DNA from: Octopus sinensis
Taxonomy: Eukaryota
Assembly: GCF_006345805.1 (NCBI RefSeq)
Contig: NC_043011.1
Location: forward strand, 14,086,464 to 14,150,463
DNA length: 64,000 nucleotides
Reading direction: 5' to 3'
Shown piece by piece: positions 51,111 through 63,705 of the stretch. Below the pieces are notes generated by a model that had not been told where the DNA came from, did not search any database, and saw nothing but the letters and a program-made list of their open reading frames with translations. The position numbers were made by a program, and so were the translations under genes. Positions within the stretch are counted from its first letter, which is position 1. Each line of letters opens with the position of its first letter.

Positions 51111-51513
51111 TATATAGGGAGAGAGAGGGGGCGAGAGAGAGAGAAGCACTTCTACAAATATCAGCTGTCTGGAAATTGACGAGTGGAAAGCTTTTTCATG
51201 CTACGACTCAACTTGTCTGAAAATGCACAAAACATCCATATAGTATGTATCATAACAAATACTGAAGAATAGTTTTAGCAAATTCTTAAAATATTCATAT
51301 TTTTCTCTCTCCGTATTCTTTTTTTCATTCTCACTCCAGTTTTTCCACTTCACCCTTTCTGTGAAAGAGCGTAGGCTCAAAAACTCAAAGACTTTTCCAT
51401 TCTTCCCGAGCATCACACTAATACACCTGCTTGTGGTTCCCTCACCTGTCTTTGTGTTTTGTTTGAACTGTATGTGTGTATTTGTATGCATATATATATA
51501 TATATATATACAT

Positions 51514-51652
<139 letters not shown>

Positions 51653-51845
51653 GTATGTATATATATATATATATATAATATATATATATGTATATGTATA
51701 TATGTGTATATGTATATATATATATATACAGTTAAGTAATTGAGATTCTAGTGAATTCTAAAGAATTCACATGAATATGGTCCTTAACTAGGATGCACCG
51801 GATATCTATATGGTGTTAGCCATACGACAAGTGGGGTGATTATAA

Positions 51846-52011
51846 ATAGGAAAAAAGCAACAAGAATGGATTAAAATCTCGGTACGATCGTTTCGTACGA
51901 GGACATCTTTAATAAGCTACAAAAAATGCATTTTTTGTAGCTTATTAAAGATGTCCTCGTACGAAACGATCGTACCGAGATTTTAATCCATTCTTGTTGC
52001 TTTTTTCCTAT
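51846..52011. repeat. Perfect spacerless 166-bp palindrome
   Basis: ataggaaaaaagcaac...tacaaaaaatg|cattttttgta...gttgcttttttcctat, centred at 51928/51929. Confidence 0.92.
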
Positions 52012-52081
52012 ATATATATACATATATATATATATACATATATATATATACATAACTTATCTCTATATCCTACATGTACTT

Positions 52082-52133
<52 letters not shown>

Positions 52134-52154
52134 TATATATATTATATGTATATG

Positions 52155-52197
<43 letters not shown>

Positions 52198-52214
52198 GTA
52201 TATGTATATATGTG

Positions 52215-52253
<39 letters not shown>

Positions 52254-52256
52254 GTA

Positions 52257-52314
<58 letters not shown>

Positions 52315-55300
52315 CATGTATATATATAAGGTCCTTGTAGAGTATAAAGATAGGGTATTTCCAAAGAAGCACTCAGCTCAGTACTTGGCCAATCACCAAT
52401 CAACACTGTCAGGTTCCATACTAATACTAAAATTCTTCAAGTGTAGACAATCCTGGTTTCACAATGGTGAAACTATTGTGTGGATTTTTGTTTCCTCTTG
52501 ATATAAGCAAAAGACAAAATCTGGAAGATGCACCTTTGACACAAGTCTGATAAAGTGCCACTCAAATAAGTGTGTGTGTGTGTGTGTTATCAAACATCAA
52601 ACAATGTAAATTCTTGATTTCTTAAAATTATCTCCACCTCGAGAGGAAGTATCATAATTACCAAATGGTAATTAAGATCATCTCCAAATTTTTTCCAAAG
52701 TTACATGCCATAAAGGTAAAGGATGGGCTTATAGTGAGAAGGTAAGAGAACAGCTGTGAACACATGTTTCTGGGTCAATAGACATCATCAGAACAGCAAT
52801 TGTCTGACCTTATCTTCAGTAGCAAAAGGATAGACTGTTTTTGTTAGAGGTATCTTTCAGATCTGAAATTTTCCAGTTCCCCACATTGCTTCACAATCAA
52901 TGTTTTCCCCAGTGGTGGCAGTTTCTGGATGCCCAGACATTGGGTCATCTTTAAGACTCTTCCTTCCCAATGCTTTTCCTATTGGCAACCCCTACCTGCT
53001 TCTTAGGTCTTTGGAAAAGTACAAGGACCAGTTGTAAGGTCAACTTATATCACTGTGTCACTAAGGCAGTAACAAGTAAAACCACAGGAGGCACACACAC
53101 ACACACACTTAAATGGATCTGACCATAACTATTCAGTTGTCTGAAAAACATTGAATTAGTTCTGTAAGTAGCAAAGTGGTTCCCAGATATGTACATTCAA
53201 TGTAATACTCTGATGGAATCAGTGTGACATTGTGACAAAGGCTGGACCTTTGAATTACAGACAATCCATTCGAGACTCCAATCCAATTTCACTTACAAGG
53301 TATGAATTGACCAGAGGTAATGAAAAATTATACTTAACCAAGATACTGTGCAACAGAATCGAAACCAGGACCCAATAATTGCATTGCAAATGCCTTAAAT
53401 ACTCAGCCACATTACTCCTATGTACACACATGTATACATACACCTACACATACATACACGCACACGTCTAGACCACCAGCCCTCTTTCACACGCACATAC
53501 ATACTCTCTTATACACACATGTACCTTCGTGTTGGGGGTCATCTTTACTTTATCTCCCCTACTTTCCTTCTCATGTGTGACCCTTCTGTCCGAGTTAGAT
53601 GCCATGGTAGATCGTTAGCCACTACACACATTTTTTTTCTCTCCTTGTTTTTTTCTGTGTTCCTTTCTGTAGAAGAGTGTAGGCTCGAAACGTAAAAGAC
53701 TAATACATCTGTCTGTTTTGTACACCACCTGTCTTCGTCTTTTGTTTTTTTCGTAAACTCTCCCTATACATATATTTACATATACAACAGGCTTTCATAC
53801 ACCTTTCATCCACCGATTCCACTCACAAAGTATCAGCTGGCCTGGAGCTATAGTAAATGACATCAACCCAAAGCGTTATGCAATGGGACTGAACTCAAAA
53901 CCATGTGGTTATGGAGCAAACTGCTTAACCAGAGAACTTTACCTGTCCAGTAATTAGACACGCACACAAACACGCAAATGTATCAATTTTATTAAGCTAA
54001 TCAATGAGTACAAGCTATAAGATATGACAATAAATCAAAGACCAACTATTTTATAGATCACATTTCTGAAAATCCATAAATATCCATAGAGTTTATATAA
54101 TTATTCACAAGGTAGATGGATTGATTAGGTCATTTCATTACATAAACTTAGATTTGATCTCAAGAGTGTTGCTATATCATGATATAGTACAAGCAACTAT
54201 TGATTTCTGAAGTTTCATTATACTGATACAATCAATTGTCCACTCTTCAGGGTTTTGTATAAAATCCATTTTCTCAACAATTGTAAAACTATATAACAAC
54301 ACAACTTTCTTACTCCTTTCTCTTTGTGAATAATTATATATATATATATAATAAAGTCAGTAAGCTGCTGGATCATTAACATGCTGGACAAAATGCTTAG
54401 CAGCATTTTTTCTGGCTTTACATTCTGAGTTCAAATGTCACCAAGGTTGATTTTGCATCTTAAAATAAGAACCAGATAAGGTGAGCTGGCAGCAACATTA
54501 GCACACCGGGCGAAATCCTTAGCAGTATTTCATCTGCCGTTATGTTCTGAGTTCAAATTCCGCCGAGGTCGACTTTGCCTTTCATCCTTTCGGGGTCGAT
54601 AAATTAAGTACCAGTTACACACTGGGGTCGATGTAATCGACTGAATCCGTTTGTCTGTCCTTGTTTGTCCCCTCTATGTTTAGCCCCTTGTGGGTAATAA
54701 AGAAATAAGACGAGCACTGGTAACGACCTAATCACCTAGCTCTTCCCTATAAAATTTCAGACTTTGTGTCAATATCAGAAAGAATATGTGTTTTTATGCT
54801 TGTTTTAACTTTAAAAACCTGTATTTCTAGTAATGGCATTTCTATTAATTTAAAAATGTCAGTTGTTTGAAACAATGATGCAAAGTTCATTTTCTGTGTG
54901 AAGCATCTGTTTTTAAATGTAATATTTTTGATGTTGAGAAGATAACAATGATATTTTTGGAGTCTGGTACAGCCCCTCATCTTACAAGCCCTGGTCGAAC
55001 TGTCCACCCATGCCAACATGGACAGCAGATGTTAAGAGATGATGATAGTGATGATGTTGTTATTTTTCCTGTAAAATCATGTATTCTTCTGGATCAGACC
55101 AATCTCCTGTAAAAGGGTGTGCCTAGGATGATTTCAATATAATTTGGAATAGTTGGAGGTCTGAGGTCGGGTGGTGAAGAATTTTTCTTTGTAACATGAA
55201 TGTTGTGAGTAGTTTTATACATATACACATACACACACATTTAATGGGCTTTTTTCAGTTTCTGTCTACAAGATCCACTCACAAAGCTTTGGTCAGCCTA

Positions 55301-56043
55301 GGGAATAGAGGATACTAACCCAAAGTACCACACAGCAAGACTGAACCCATGGTTGGCAAATGAGCTTCTTAATCACACAGACACACAGCTTTCTACAAAT
55401 GTGTTTCATTTTAAGCACAGCCTGCACTTTAGAATATCCTTTCATCAGATACTCTTTTACTTGTTTCAGTCATTCGGCAAAAGAGACCGATAGAATAAGT
55501 ACTAGGCTTACAAAGAATAAGTCCTGGGAGTCGATTTGCTCGACTAAAGGCGGTGCTCCAGCATGGCCACAGTCAAATGACTGAAACAAGTAAAAGAGTA
55601 AAAGAGTAATAGATACACACATTTTACTTATACACAGACACACATAAAATGCATACATACATTGATTGTCACTTTTATATGTTAGGAAGAGGGGGCAGAG
55701 CCTGACTCTCCCAGGTTGATGACTTTGATGCGGCTGATGTTTAGTTTGAATATTTACTCTGTAAGAAAGACATGGGTGGAGAAGAAAGCAAGGTCCGATT
55801 CGAAAGCCTGCAACAAAGTGAACTCTGCTAAAGCAACAATGAGTAGATGAAGATATGTAATATTAATATTTGAATTTCCACGAGTATTTTACGCTTATAA
55901 TTTTTATTAGCGCGCAAGAGAGTGCACCCACACACCCACACGTGTGTATATTATATATGTAAACCAATACCAAGTTTATAGCTTTTAAACTGTATGCATG
56001 ATACCAGACTGATATCAATCAATATTACATGGTTTCAAATACA

Positions 56044-56312
56044 GGTACTACTAGCGAACAGTGGTCCAGGTGCGCGCACTCGCGCTAGCTAGTCTTAAGT
56101 AGTCGATCCTACAACGATTTTTTAACCTTAACCCTAACCTTTGTTTATAAAAAATAATCTATTTACTTAGTTTAAAAAATTATTTACTTTGCGTTTTATT
56201 TACTTTGTTAGAAAAATATTATTTAATTTTCTTTGATATGTATTCAGCCTTGAAACACAAAGACGCGCATGTGCGAGTGCGCGCACCAGGACCACTGTTC
56301 GCTAGAAGTACC
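56044..56312. mobile_element. GGTAC...GTACC MITE downstream of FRG1, 9-bp TSD tcaaataca/tcaaatcca
   Basis: About 40-bp TIRs GGTACTACTAGCGAACAGTGGTCCAGGTGCGCGCACTCGC. Internal ccttaaccctaacc. Confidence 0.88.
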
Positions 56313-56443
56313 TCAAATCCATATGACATTTGTACAGTGAAATATAAGAAATAAAAAGATAAAGTATCTAATGTGACAACAAATTTTGTTTAATGGGTTT
56401 TCTGGGGTTTTTTTTTTTAATCAAATAAAAATGACAAAACTGT

Positions 56444-57220
56444 TTATTTACAATACCGATCGGATTTCATTTTTTCGCGTCGGTCCAACAGATTTCCATG
56501 CAAAGTTCCATCTTTTTTAGCTTTCTTTAGCACTTTAACATCATCTTTACTCACTCGTAGTCTTCGGTCTTGGAAACTTTGAAACTTCTTCACGTAGTTG
56601 ATTTCGGCCTGTCTAACAGAAGCCCGTTCTTCAACGGGTATATCAGCTTTGGGGTCTGGTGTATTATCAGTGCAAGATTTCAGGCGGACCATTTCGCTTG
56701 GGCCAGCTTTCGATTTAATACAAGTTATGTTACCGTCCTCATCGGAGGAGAGAAAACAACCATTGGGCCCACAAATTGCAGTTTTCCCTTCTTGAAAAAC
56801 CGGTTCCCATTGTTCTCGTTCACCAATAGCATCGGACCGACCCACCACTTCACCAGACTTTTCCACGCTCAGATATTTCCCGTATCCGGATTTAAGCGCG
56901 ATTTTCGTCTCATTCACTTTAATAGCTGTAATGATCTCTGTGGGGTCGGGTGGTTCCTGTTCGTCGTGTTCGGGTCCCAGTTCAAAAAGCCCGTTGTCCA
57001 AGCTATTGATGTAATGCGATGGCTTCATTTCGACAGCAATGGGTCCGGTTAGATCATCGATAGACGATACACTCCACCATCCACTGCGATCGGTATCTAC
57101 AGGGGTACTTTCTTCGGGACCAGAAATAGCATCATGTTTTCTCTTTTTATGCTTTTTGTGCTTCTTTTGACCCTTCACTTTTAACCGTCCACCTTTCACA
57201 AACGAATATGAATCAGCCAT
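56444..57220 (-). CDS. FRG1: FRG1 (FSHD region gene 1) homologue, 258 aa, intronless intact ORF
   Basis: The ORF has a Lys-rich N-terminus (KLKVKG-like, KKHKKHKKRK), a fascin-like core (IALKSGYGKYLSVEKSGEVVGRSDAIGEREQWEPVFQEGK) and the family-typical C-terminus (YVKKFQSFQDRRLRV...LLDRREKMKSDRYCK). There are no stops or frameshifts. Confidence 0.96.
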   Translation of the reverse strand: MADSYSFVKGGRLKVKGQKKHKKHKKRKHDAISGPEESTPVDTDRSGWWSVSSIDDLTGPIAVEMKPSHYINSLDNGLFELGPEHDEQEPPDPTEIITAIKVNETKIALKSGYGKYLSVEKSGEVVGRSDAIGEREQWEPVFQEGKTAICGPNGCFLSSDEDGNITCIKSKAGPSEMVRLKSCTDNTPDPKADIPVEERASVRQAEINYVKKFQSFQDRRLRVSKDDVKVLKKAKKDGTLHGNLLDRREKMKSDRYCK

Positions 57221-57384
57221 GCTATTATATATCCAAGCTGTTTTTCAGCTGATACAGAAAATACTATAAATATAAATTGATGATTTGTATTTCTTAGGTG
57301 TCAATAAAATTGAATTAATACAAATTTTCAAAAATTAATGCCGAACTATTCGCATGGTTTCGAGGAATCCGAGTGTTTATGTTT

Positions 57385-57440
57385 CGAACAGGAAGTTTGT
57401 TCTTGATGGAACTCTGGGTAGAAGTTCACTTCCGTAAAAC
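57385..57440 (-). promoter_or_regulatory. Candidate FRG1 promoter region with ETS-type motifs
   Basis: CGGAAGTG on the minus strand at 57427-57434 and CAGGAAGT on the plus strand at 57389-57396, about 170-210 bp upstream of the ATG in a CpG-containing unique stretch. Motif match only. Confidence 0.3.
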
Positions 57441-57532
57441 TTGACCTCTGACAATGTCTTTTAATAATTCTTAATACTAATTGTTACAGTAAAGAAATAT
57501 AATAAGAAACATATAAACAACCGACAAATATA

Positions 57533-57878
57533 GGTACTACTAGCGAACAGTGGTCCCGGTGCGCGCACTCGCGCAAGCCAGTCATGACTAGTCGATCCTT
57601 ACTTTGTGTTTTTGTGTTATTTACTTCGTTTAAAAAATTATTTACTTTGTGTTTTTTGTGTGTTATTTACTTCGTTTAAAAAATTATTTACTTTGTGTTT
57701 TTGTGTTTTATTTACTTTGTTTAACAAAAATTATTTACTTCGTGTAAAGAAATGATTTATTTTGTGTTTTATTTACTTTGCTAGGGAGTCGTTGTAGGAT
57801 CGACTAGTCACGACTAGCTAGCGCGGATGCGTGACTACGCGTGTGCGCACACTGGGACCACTGTTCACTAGTAGTACC
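57533..57878. mobile_element. GGTAC...GTACC MITE upstream of FRG1, 9-bp TSD acaaatata/acgaatata
   Basis: Same TIR family as 56044-56312, with internal tandem ttatttacttYgt units. Confidence 0.88.
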
Positions 57879-58376
57879 ACGAATATATTTAAATACCTAG
57901 ATGTTATCTTATTAAAACTTCTGCCAAACCGCTTGAAGATTTTCAAATTTTTACCAGATTATTTTCACAAAATGTAGTACTAATGTCCTTTCATTTGACG
58001 ATGACGAAAATCGCGTTTATTTTTTCCGTGAATTTAATAATAAAGTAACCAGCATTTGAAATTATGTCGTTTTAACAAATCGAAGCTTCGATTGCCGAAT
58101 ATATACCTTATGGGAACAGCTCACACGCAACCTTCTCGACCTGCTAGAAATAACAGCCAAATCTTCCTTAAACTTTGCCATAAAGTCTACAAAATCAAAA
58201 AGGCCACGTTGTGCCACAACACTGTCTATTTCCTTCTTTGAGACAAGCTCAAGTAATTTCCATTTGTGAAGTATTAATAACATACAAATTAAAGTCAGTC
58301 TCCTTTTATCGACCCTTCGAACACTCACTAGGGCTCACTTTCTTTCCTTATGGTAAAATTGTTTTACAAACTTTGA

Positions 58377-58860
58377 AGGTGGAGAAAGAATACCTATTTC
58401 TTTACTACCCACAAGGGGCTAAACACAGAGGGGACAAACAAGGACAGACAAACGGATTAAGTCGAGTATACCGACCCCGAAAGGATGAAAGGCAAAATCG
58501 GCCTCGGCGGAATTTGAACTCAGAACGTAAAGACAGACGAAATACGCTGAGCATTTCGCCCGGCGTGCTAACGTTTCTGCCAGCTCGCCACCTTTAGGTG
58601 GAGAAAGAATACATATTTCTTTATTACTTACAAGGGACTAAAACACAGAGGGGACAAACAAGGACAAACGGATTAAGTCGATTATATCGACCCAGTGCAT
58701 AGCTGGTACTTATTTAATCGACCCCGAAAGGATGAAAGGCAAAGTCGACCTCAGCGGAATTTGAACTCAGAACGTAGCGGCAGACGAAATACCGCAAAGC
58801 ATTTCGCCCCGTGTGCTAACGATTCTGCCAGCTCGCCGCCTTTAGGTGGAGAAAGAATAC
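58377..58860 (-). mobile_element. Two tandem full SINE B copies separated and flanked by three copies of aggtggagaaagaatac
   Basis: The direct repeat is at 58377-58393, 58596-58612 and 58844-58860. Confidence 0.85.
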
Positions 58861-59510
58861 CGTCATCATCATCATCATCAACACTACACTTCAAACAATA
58901 GCATCATTCTTTTCTTTTATCATTAGGTCGCGGCAATGCTGAGGCACCGCCTTGAGGAATTTTAGGCGAATGAATCGACTCCGGTACTTAAAGCCTGGTA
59001 CTTATTCAATCAGTGTCGTTCACCAAACCGCTAAATTACGGGGATGTAAACACACCAACACTGGTTATCAAGCGGTGGAGGGAGGGACAAATACAGATAC
59101 ACTCCCACACACATTTATACAACGTCGTTCTTTCAGTTTCCGTCAGCCAAATCTACTTACAAGGTTTTTTGGTCGGCCCAAGGCCATACTAGAAGACACT
59201 TGCCCAAGGTGCCACGCACATGGTTGGGAAGCAAGCTTATTACCACGCAGCCATTGGTTACCAATTCTTTCTCCTCCACCACCACTGCCAAGCATTTTTC
59301 TTTTAAACTTCGTTTCCAGTTCTATTATAAGAAATGAAAAAGAACTGAGTGGCTGTGTGCTAAGTAGCTTGCTTACGAACCGCATGGTTCCAGGTTCAGT
59401 CCCACTTCGTGGCACCTTGGGCAAGTGTCTTCTACTATAGCCTCGGGTCGACAAAAGCTTTGCGAGTGGATTTGGTAGGCGGAAACTGAAAGAAGCCTGT
59501 CGTATATATG

Positions 59511-59571
<61 letters not shown>

Positions 59572-60539
59572 CTGTGTATGTCCCCCCAACATCGCTTGAC
59601 GACCGATGCTGGTGTGTTTACGTCCCCGTAACTTTGCAGTTCGGCAAAAGAGACCGATAGAATAAGTACTAGGATTACAAAGAGTAAGTCCTGGGGCGGG
59701 GTGATTTTCTCGACTAAATGCGGTGCTCGAGCATGGCTGCAGTCAAATGACTGAAAGAAGTAAAAGAGAGAGCAACATTTAACATCAGTCTGTGGGATCC
59801 AATGTTATTTTAAGAGACATGAGTTCGATAAAAAGATACGTCTGGAAAGATTGACTTAAATTTAGATCTGGCACAATATATTATGTATTTTGTTTTAGTT
59901 TCTGTTTTTTTTTTTCTTTTAGACATTGTGGTGTAGTTAAAGGGATACATTAGAACTACATTTTTTGAAAATGTTCTGGTGAGAATTTAAAAACTTCAAA
60001 AGGTTGGAAGAAATTCCCAAGATGAGACTCTACATGACTTGCTCAGTCTGCTGAAAATATCACCCAAATTCTCTCAAATCATGCTTATTTCTTTACTACC
60101 CACGCAGAGGGGACAAACAAGGACAGACAAACAGATTAAGTCGATTATATCGACCCCAATGTTTCACTGATACTTATTTAATCAACCCCGAAAGGATGAA
60201 AGGCAAATTCAACCTCAGCGGAATCTGAACTCAGAACGTAGCTGCAGACGAAATACCTATTTCTTTACTACCCACAAGGGGCTAAACACAGAGGGGACAA
60301 ACGGATTAAGTCGATTAGATCGACCCCAGTGTTTCACTGGTACTTATTTAATGACCCCGAAACGATGAAAGGCAAATTCGACCTCGGCAGAATTTGAACT
60401 CAGAACGTAGCCGCAGACGAAATACCGCTCAGCAATTCGCCCGGCATGTTAACATTTCTGCCAGCTCGCCACCGTCATCTTAAAAGAAAGAGAGACACTA
60501 TTAATAGACCAAATATATTCCAAGATCATCACAGTGTGG

Positions 60540-61135
60540 TGAACAAAAGATTAAGTTCGCAGAAGCACGACCTTCGAACTTTAGGTCTCACCGAGGAAAT
60601 GACTAGAGACCAAGACCTTTGGAAGTATGCTGTGCGTGGGAAGACCCGGCAGGACAAGTGAGGCCATAACCCGTGGTATCTACCTGGGATGTAGCCAGCC
60701 CACTTGTGTATTCCTTTCCTTCTTGGGACACAAAACTCTACTTGTGAAGACCTGTTGAGGCAAGTGAAAACCAAAATCGTAATCGATCAACATCAATGGA
60801 ATTCGTAGCTGTGATACCAGTGCCAGTGACACATAAAAGAACCATCCAAACGTGGCCGTAGCCAGCGCCGCCCTGACTGGCCTCCATGCCGGTGGCACGT
60901 AAAAAGCACCATCCGATCGTGGCCGTTTGCCAGCCTCATCTGTGCCTGTTGCATGTAAAAAGCACCCACTACACTCACAGAGTGGTTGGCGTTAGGAAGG
61001 GCATCCAGCTGTAGAAGCACTGCCAGATCAGACTGGGCCTGATGCAGCCTTCTGGCTTCCCAGACCCCAGTTGAACCATCCAACCCATGCTAGCATGGAA
61101 AGCGGACGTTAAACGATGATGATGATGATGATGTA
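60540..61135 (+). mobile_element. RTE LINE 3' end with (GAT)n tail
   Basis: Shares aagcacgaccttcgaacttta... and the 3'UTR with the 23100-23880 copy. Ends gcggacgttaaacgatgatgatg. Confidence 0.8.
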
Positions 61136-61220
61136 ATCACAACCTAGGTTCAACCACTAATTCAATAAGCAGTTCAAACAACTAAAAATTTATGGTAGGA
61201 AATTCTGTGAGATCTTTACG

Positions 61221-61641
61221 GGATCTTTTCGGTTTGAATGGCAGTTTTTTCTAGCGGTGTCATATGAAATTGTCACCCATAATTATGGCCCTAGTATTGA
61301 TCTATTGCATTTCAATCTGTTTTAGGGTTAGGGTTAGAGTTAGGGTTAGAGGGAAGGGTATCTTTTTTCTTCACAAATGTAAATAAACCCAATCTGTTTC
61401 TTAAACGAGGGACATATTCATTCGGTACAGAATGTTTTCACCTCAATAGATGTCATTGATTGGTTGAAATTGCAGAAATTGAAGGAAAAAAACAACAAAT
61501 ATCTTACAAACTATAGAATTTTCTCAATAAAGCCAAGAGAAAAAGATGTTTTATAAACACATTCTACCAGTATACGAAGTTTAAAAGTGTTTAGTTACGT
61601 GGAAATTATTTTAAAAAACTACCTGTCAACCGAAAAGATCC
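61221..61641. mobile_element. GGATC-MITE copy. A partial copy also lies at about 19490-19625
   Basis: TIRs and body match the family. TSD not clean. Confidence 0.85.
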
Positions 61642-61997
61642 TCATTTAACTTAGTGGTTCAGCTAAAGAGAGTGATAGAATATGTACCAGGCTTAAAGAA
61701 AAAAAATAAGTAGTGGGGTTGATCCATTTGACTAAAATTCCTCATGGCAGTACCCCAGCATGGCCACAGTCTAATGACTAAAACAACTAAAACATGGAAG
61801 ATAAAAGAAAACACAGCAATACACAAATTCTGGATGAGAAGTCACCAAGATACTCTCATGGAAATGTGACCAAACGAGGTTTTATTTTTAAACATAGTCC
61901 CTCTTGCACTCCACACACTTCTTCCTTTGGTGCTGGCAATGCTTGAATCCCATTGAAGAAGCTCTCATCCTGTTATTCCAAAAGAGTCATCAACAGT

Positions 61998-63174
61998 AGG
62001 CGTAGGAGTGGCTGTGTGGTAAGTAGCTTGCTAACCAACCACATGGTTCCGGGTTCAGTCCCACTGCGTGGCATCTTGGGCAGCGTCTTCTGCTATAGCC
62101 CGGGCTGACCAAGCCTTGTGAGTGGATTTGGTAGACGGAAACTGAAAGAGCCTGTCGTATATATGTATATATATATGTGTGTGTCTGTGTTTGTCCCCCT
62201 AGCATTGCTCGACAAACCGATGCTGGTGTTTTACGTCCCCGTCACTTAGCGGTTCAGCAAAAGAGACCGATAGAATAAGTACTGGGCTTACAAAGAATAA
62301 GTCCCGGGTCGAGTTGCTTGATTAAAGGCGGTGCTCCAACATGGCTGCGGTCTGAAACAAGTAAAAGAGTAAAGAGTAACAGCAGGCGTAGGAGTGGCTG
62401 TGTGGTAAGTAGCTTGCTAACCAACCACATGGTTCCGGGTTCAGTCCCACTGCGTGGCATCTTGGGCAAGCGTCTTCTGCTATAGCCCGGGCTGACCAAA
62501 GCTTGTGAGTGGAATTTGGTAGACGGAAACTGAAAGAAGCCTGTCGTATATATGTATATATATATATGTGTGTGTCTGTGTTTGTCCCCCATAGCATTGC
62601 TCGACAACCGATGCTGGTGTGTGTTTACGTCCCCGTTCACTTAGCGGTTCAGCAAAAGAGACGATAGAATAAGTACTGGGCTTACAAAGAATAAGTCCCG
62701 GGTCGAGTTGCTTGATTAAAGGGCGTGCTCCCACATGGTGCGGTCTTGAATCCAACAAGTAAAAGAGTAAAGAGTAACAGCAGGCGTAGGAGTGGTGTGT
62801 TGTATAGCTTCCTAACGAACCACATGGCTCCGGGTTCAGTCCCACAAACCTTGGGCAAGTGTCTTCTGCTATAGCCTCGGGCCAACCAAAGCCTTGTGAG
62901 TGGATATGATAGATGGAAACTGAAAGAAGCCCGTTGTATATATGTATGTATGTATATATATGTTTGTGTGTCTGTGTTTGTTCCCCCCCCCCCCCAGCAT
63001 CACTTGACAACCAATGCTGGTGTGTTTAGGTCCCCGTAACTTAGCAGTTCTGCAAAAGAGACCGATAGAATAAATACTAGGCTTACAAAGAATAAGTCCT
63101 GGGGTCGATTTGCTCGACTAAAGGCGGTGCTTCAGCATGGCCACAGTCAAATGACTGAAACAAGTAAAAGAGTA
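61998..63174 (+). repeat. Three head-to-tail copies of SINE family A
   Basis: Units start near 61998, 62384 and 62782. Junctions read agagtaacagc-aggcgtaggagtgg. Shared small indels. Confidence 0.85.
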
Positions 63175-63488
63175 GATATGATGTCATCATTGAGATACTG
63201 ATTCCCAGCCAAATGCTCTTTCATATCAGAGGAACAGGTGATAATCAAATGAAGCTAAATCTGGAAAATAGTGAGGGTGATTAACCAGTTCAAAGTCCCA
63301 CTTACACACAGCAACCATTGAAACCAAACTCTTGTAAAATTATCATTATTAAGCCAGAGTTTGGGATATAGATTCATATGAAAATTTTTATTTAATTATT
63401 TAGAGTGCTCTCAAGCAGGCTAGTATCAGAAGAGTTACATAAATGGTTGATCATTATAATGAAGCTCTTGGATTAGATAGAAGCTTAA

Positions 63489-63705
63489 CCCATTCGTTAC
63501 CAACCCGGCTGAAACTGGCTCTGGCTCTCAGTACAAATGTCTTTTTGTAAGTTCTGAATCAAAATCTTCCACCAAACCTTAGTCACAATTTATGTTCCAA
63601 ACACTAGTTTAATGATAACTAAGTTATTTTACTAAATTCTTTGTTGTATTTAAAGTTATTGAAAGAAACACAGAACATCTCAAAATAAATACAGTAACGA
63701 AAGGG
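63489..63705. mobile_element. piggyBac-like MITE
   Basis: TTAA|CCCATTCGTTAC...GTAACGAAAGGG|TTAA. Confidence 0.85.

Noticed and set aside
56044-57878. FRG1 carried by a composite (Pack-type) transposon
   Set aside because: Each MITE has its own TSD and there is no shared outer TSD, so the unit was not transposed as a whole.
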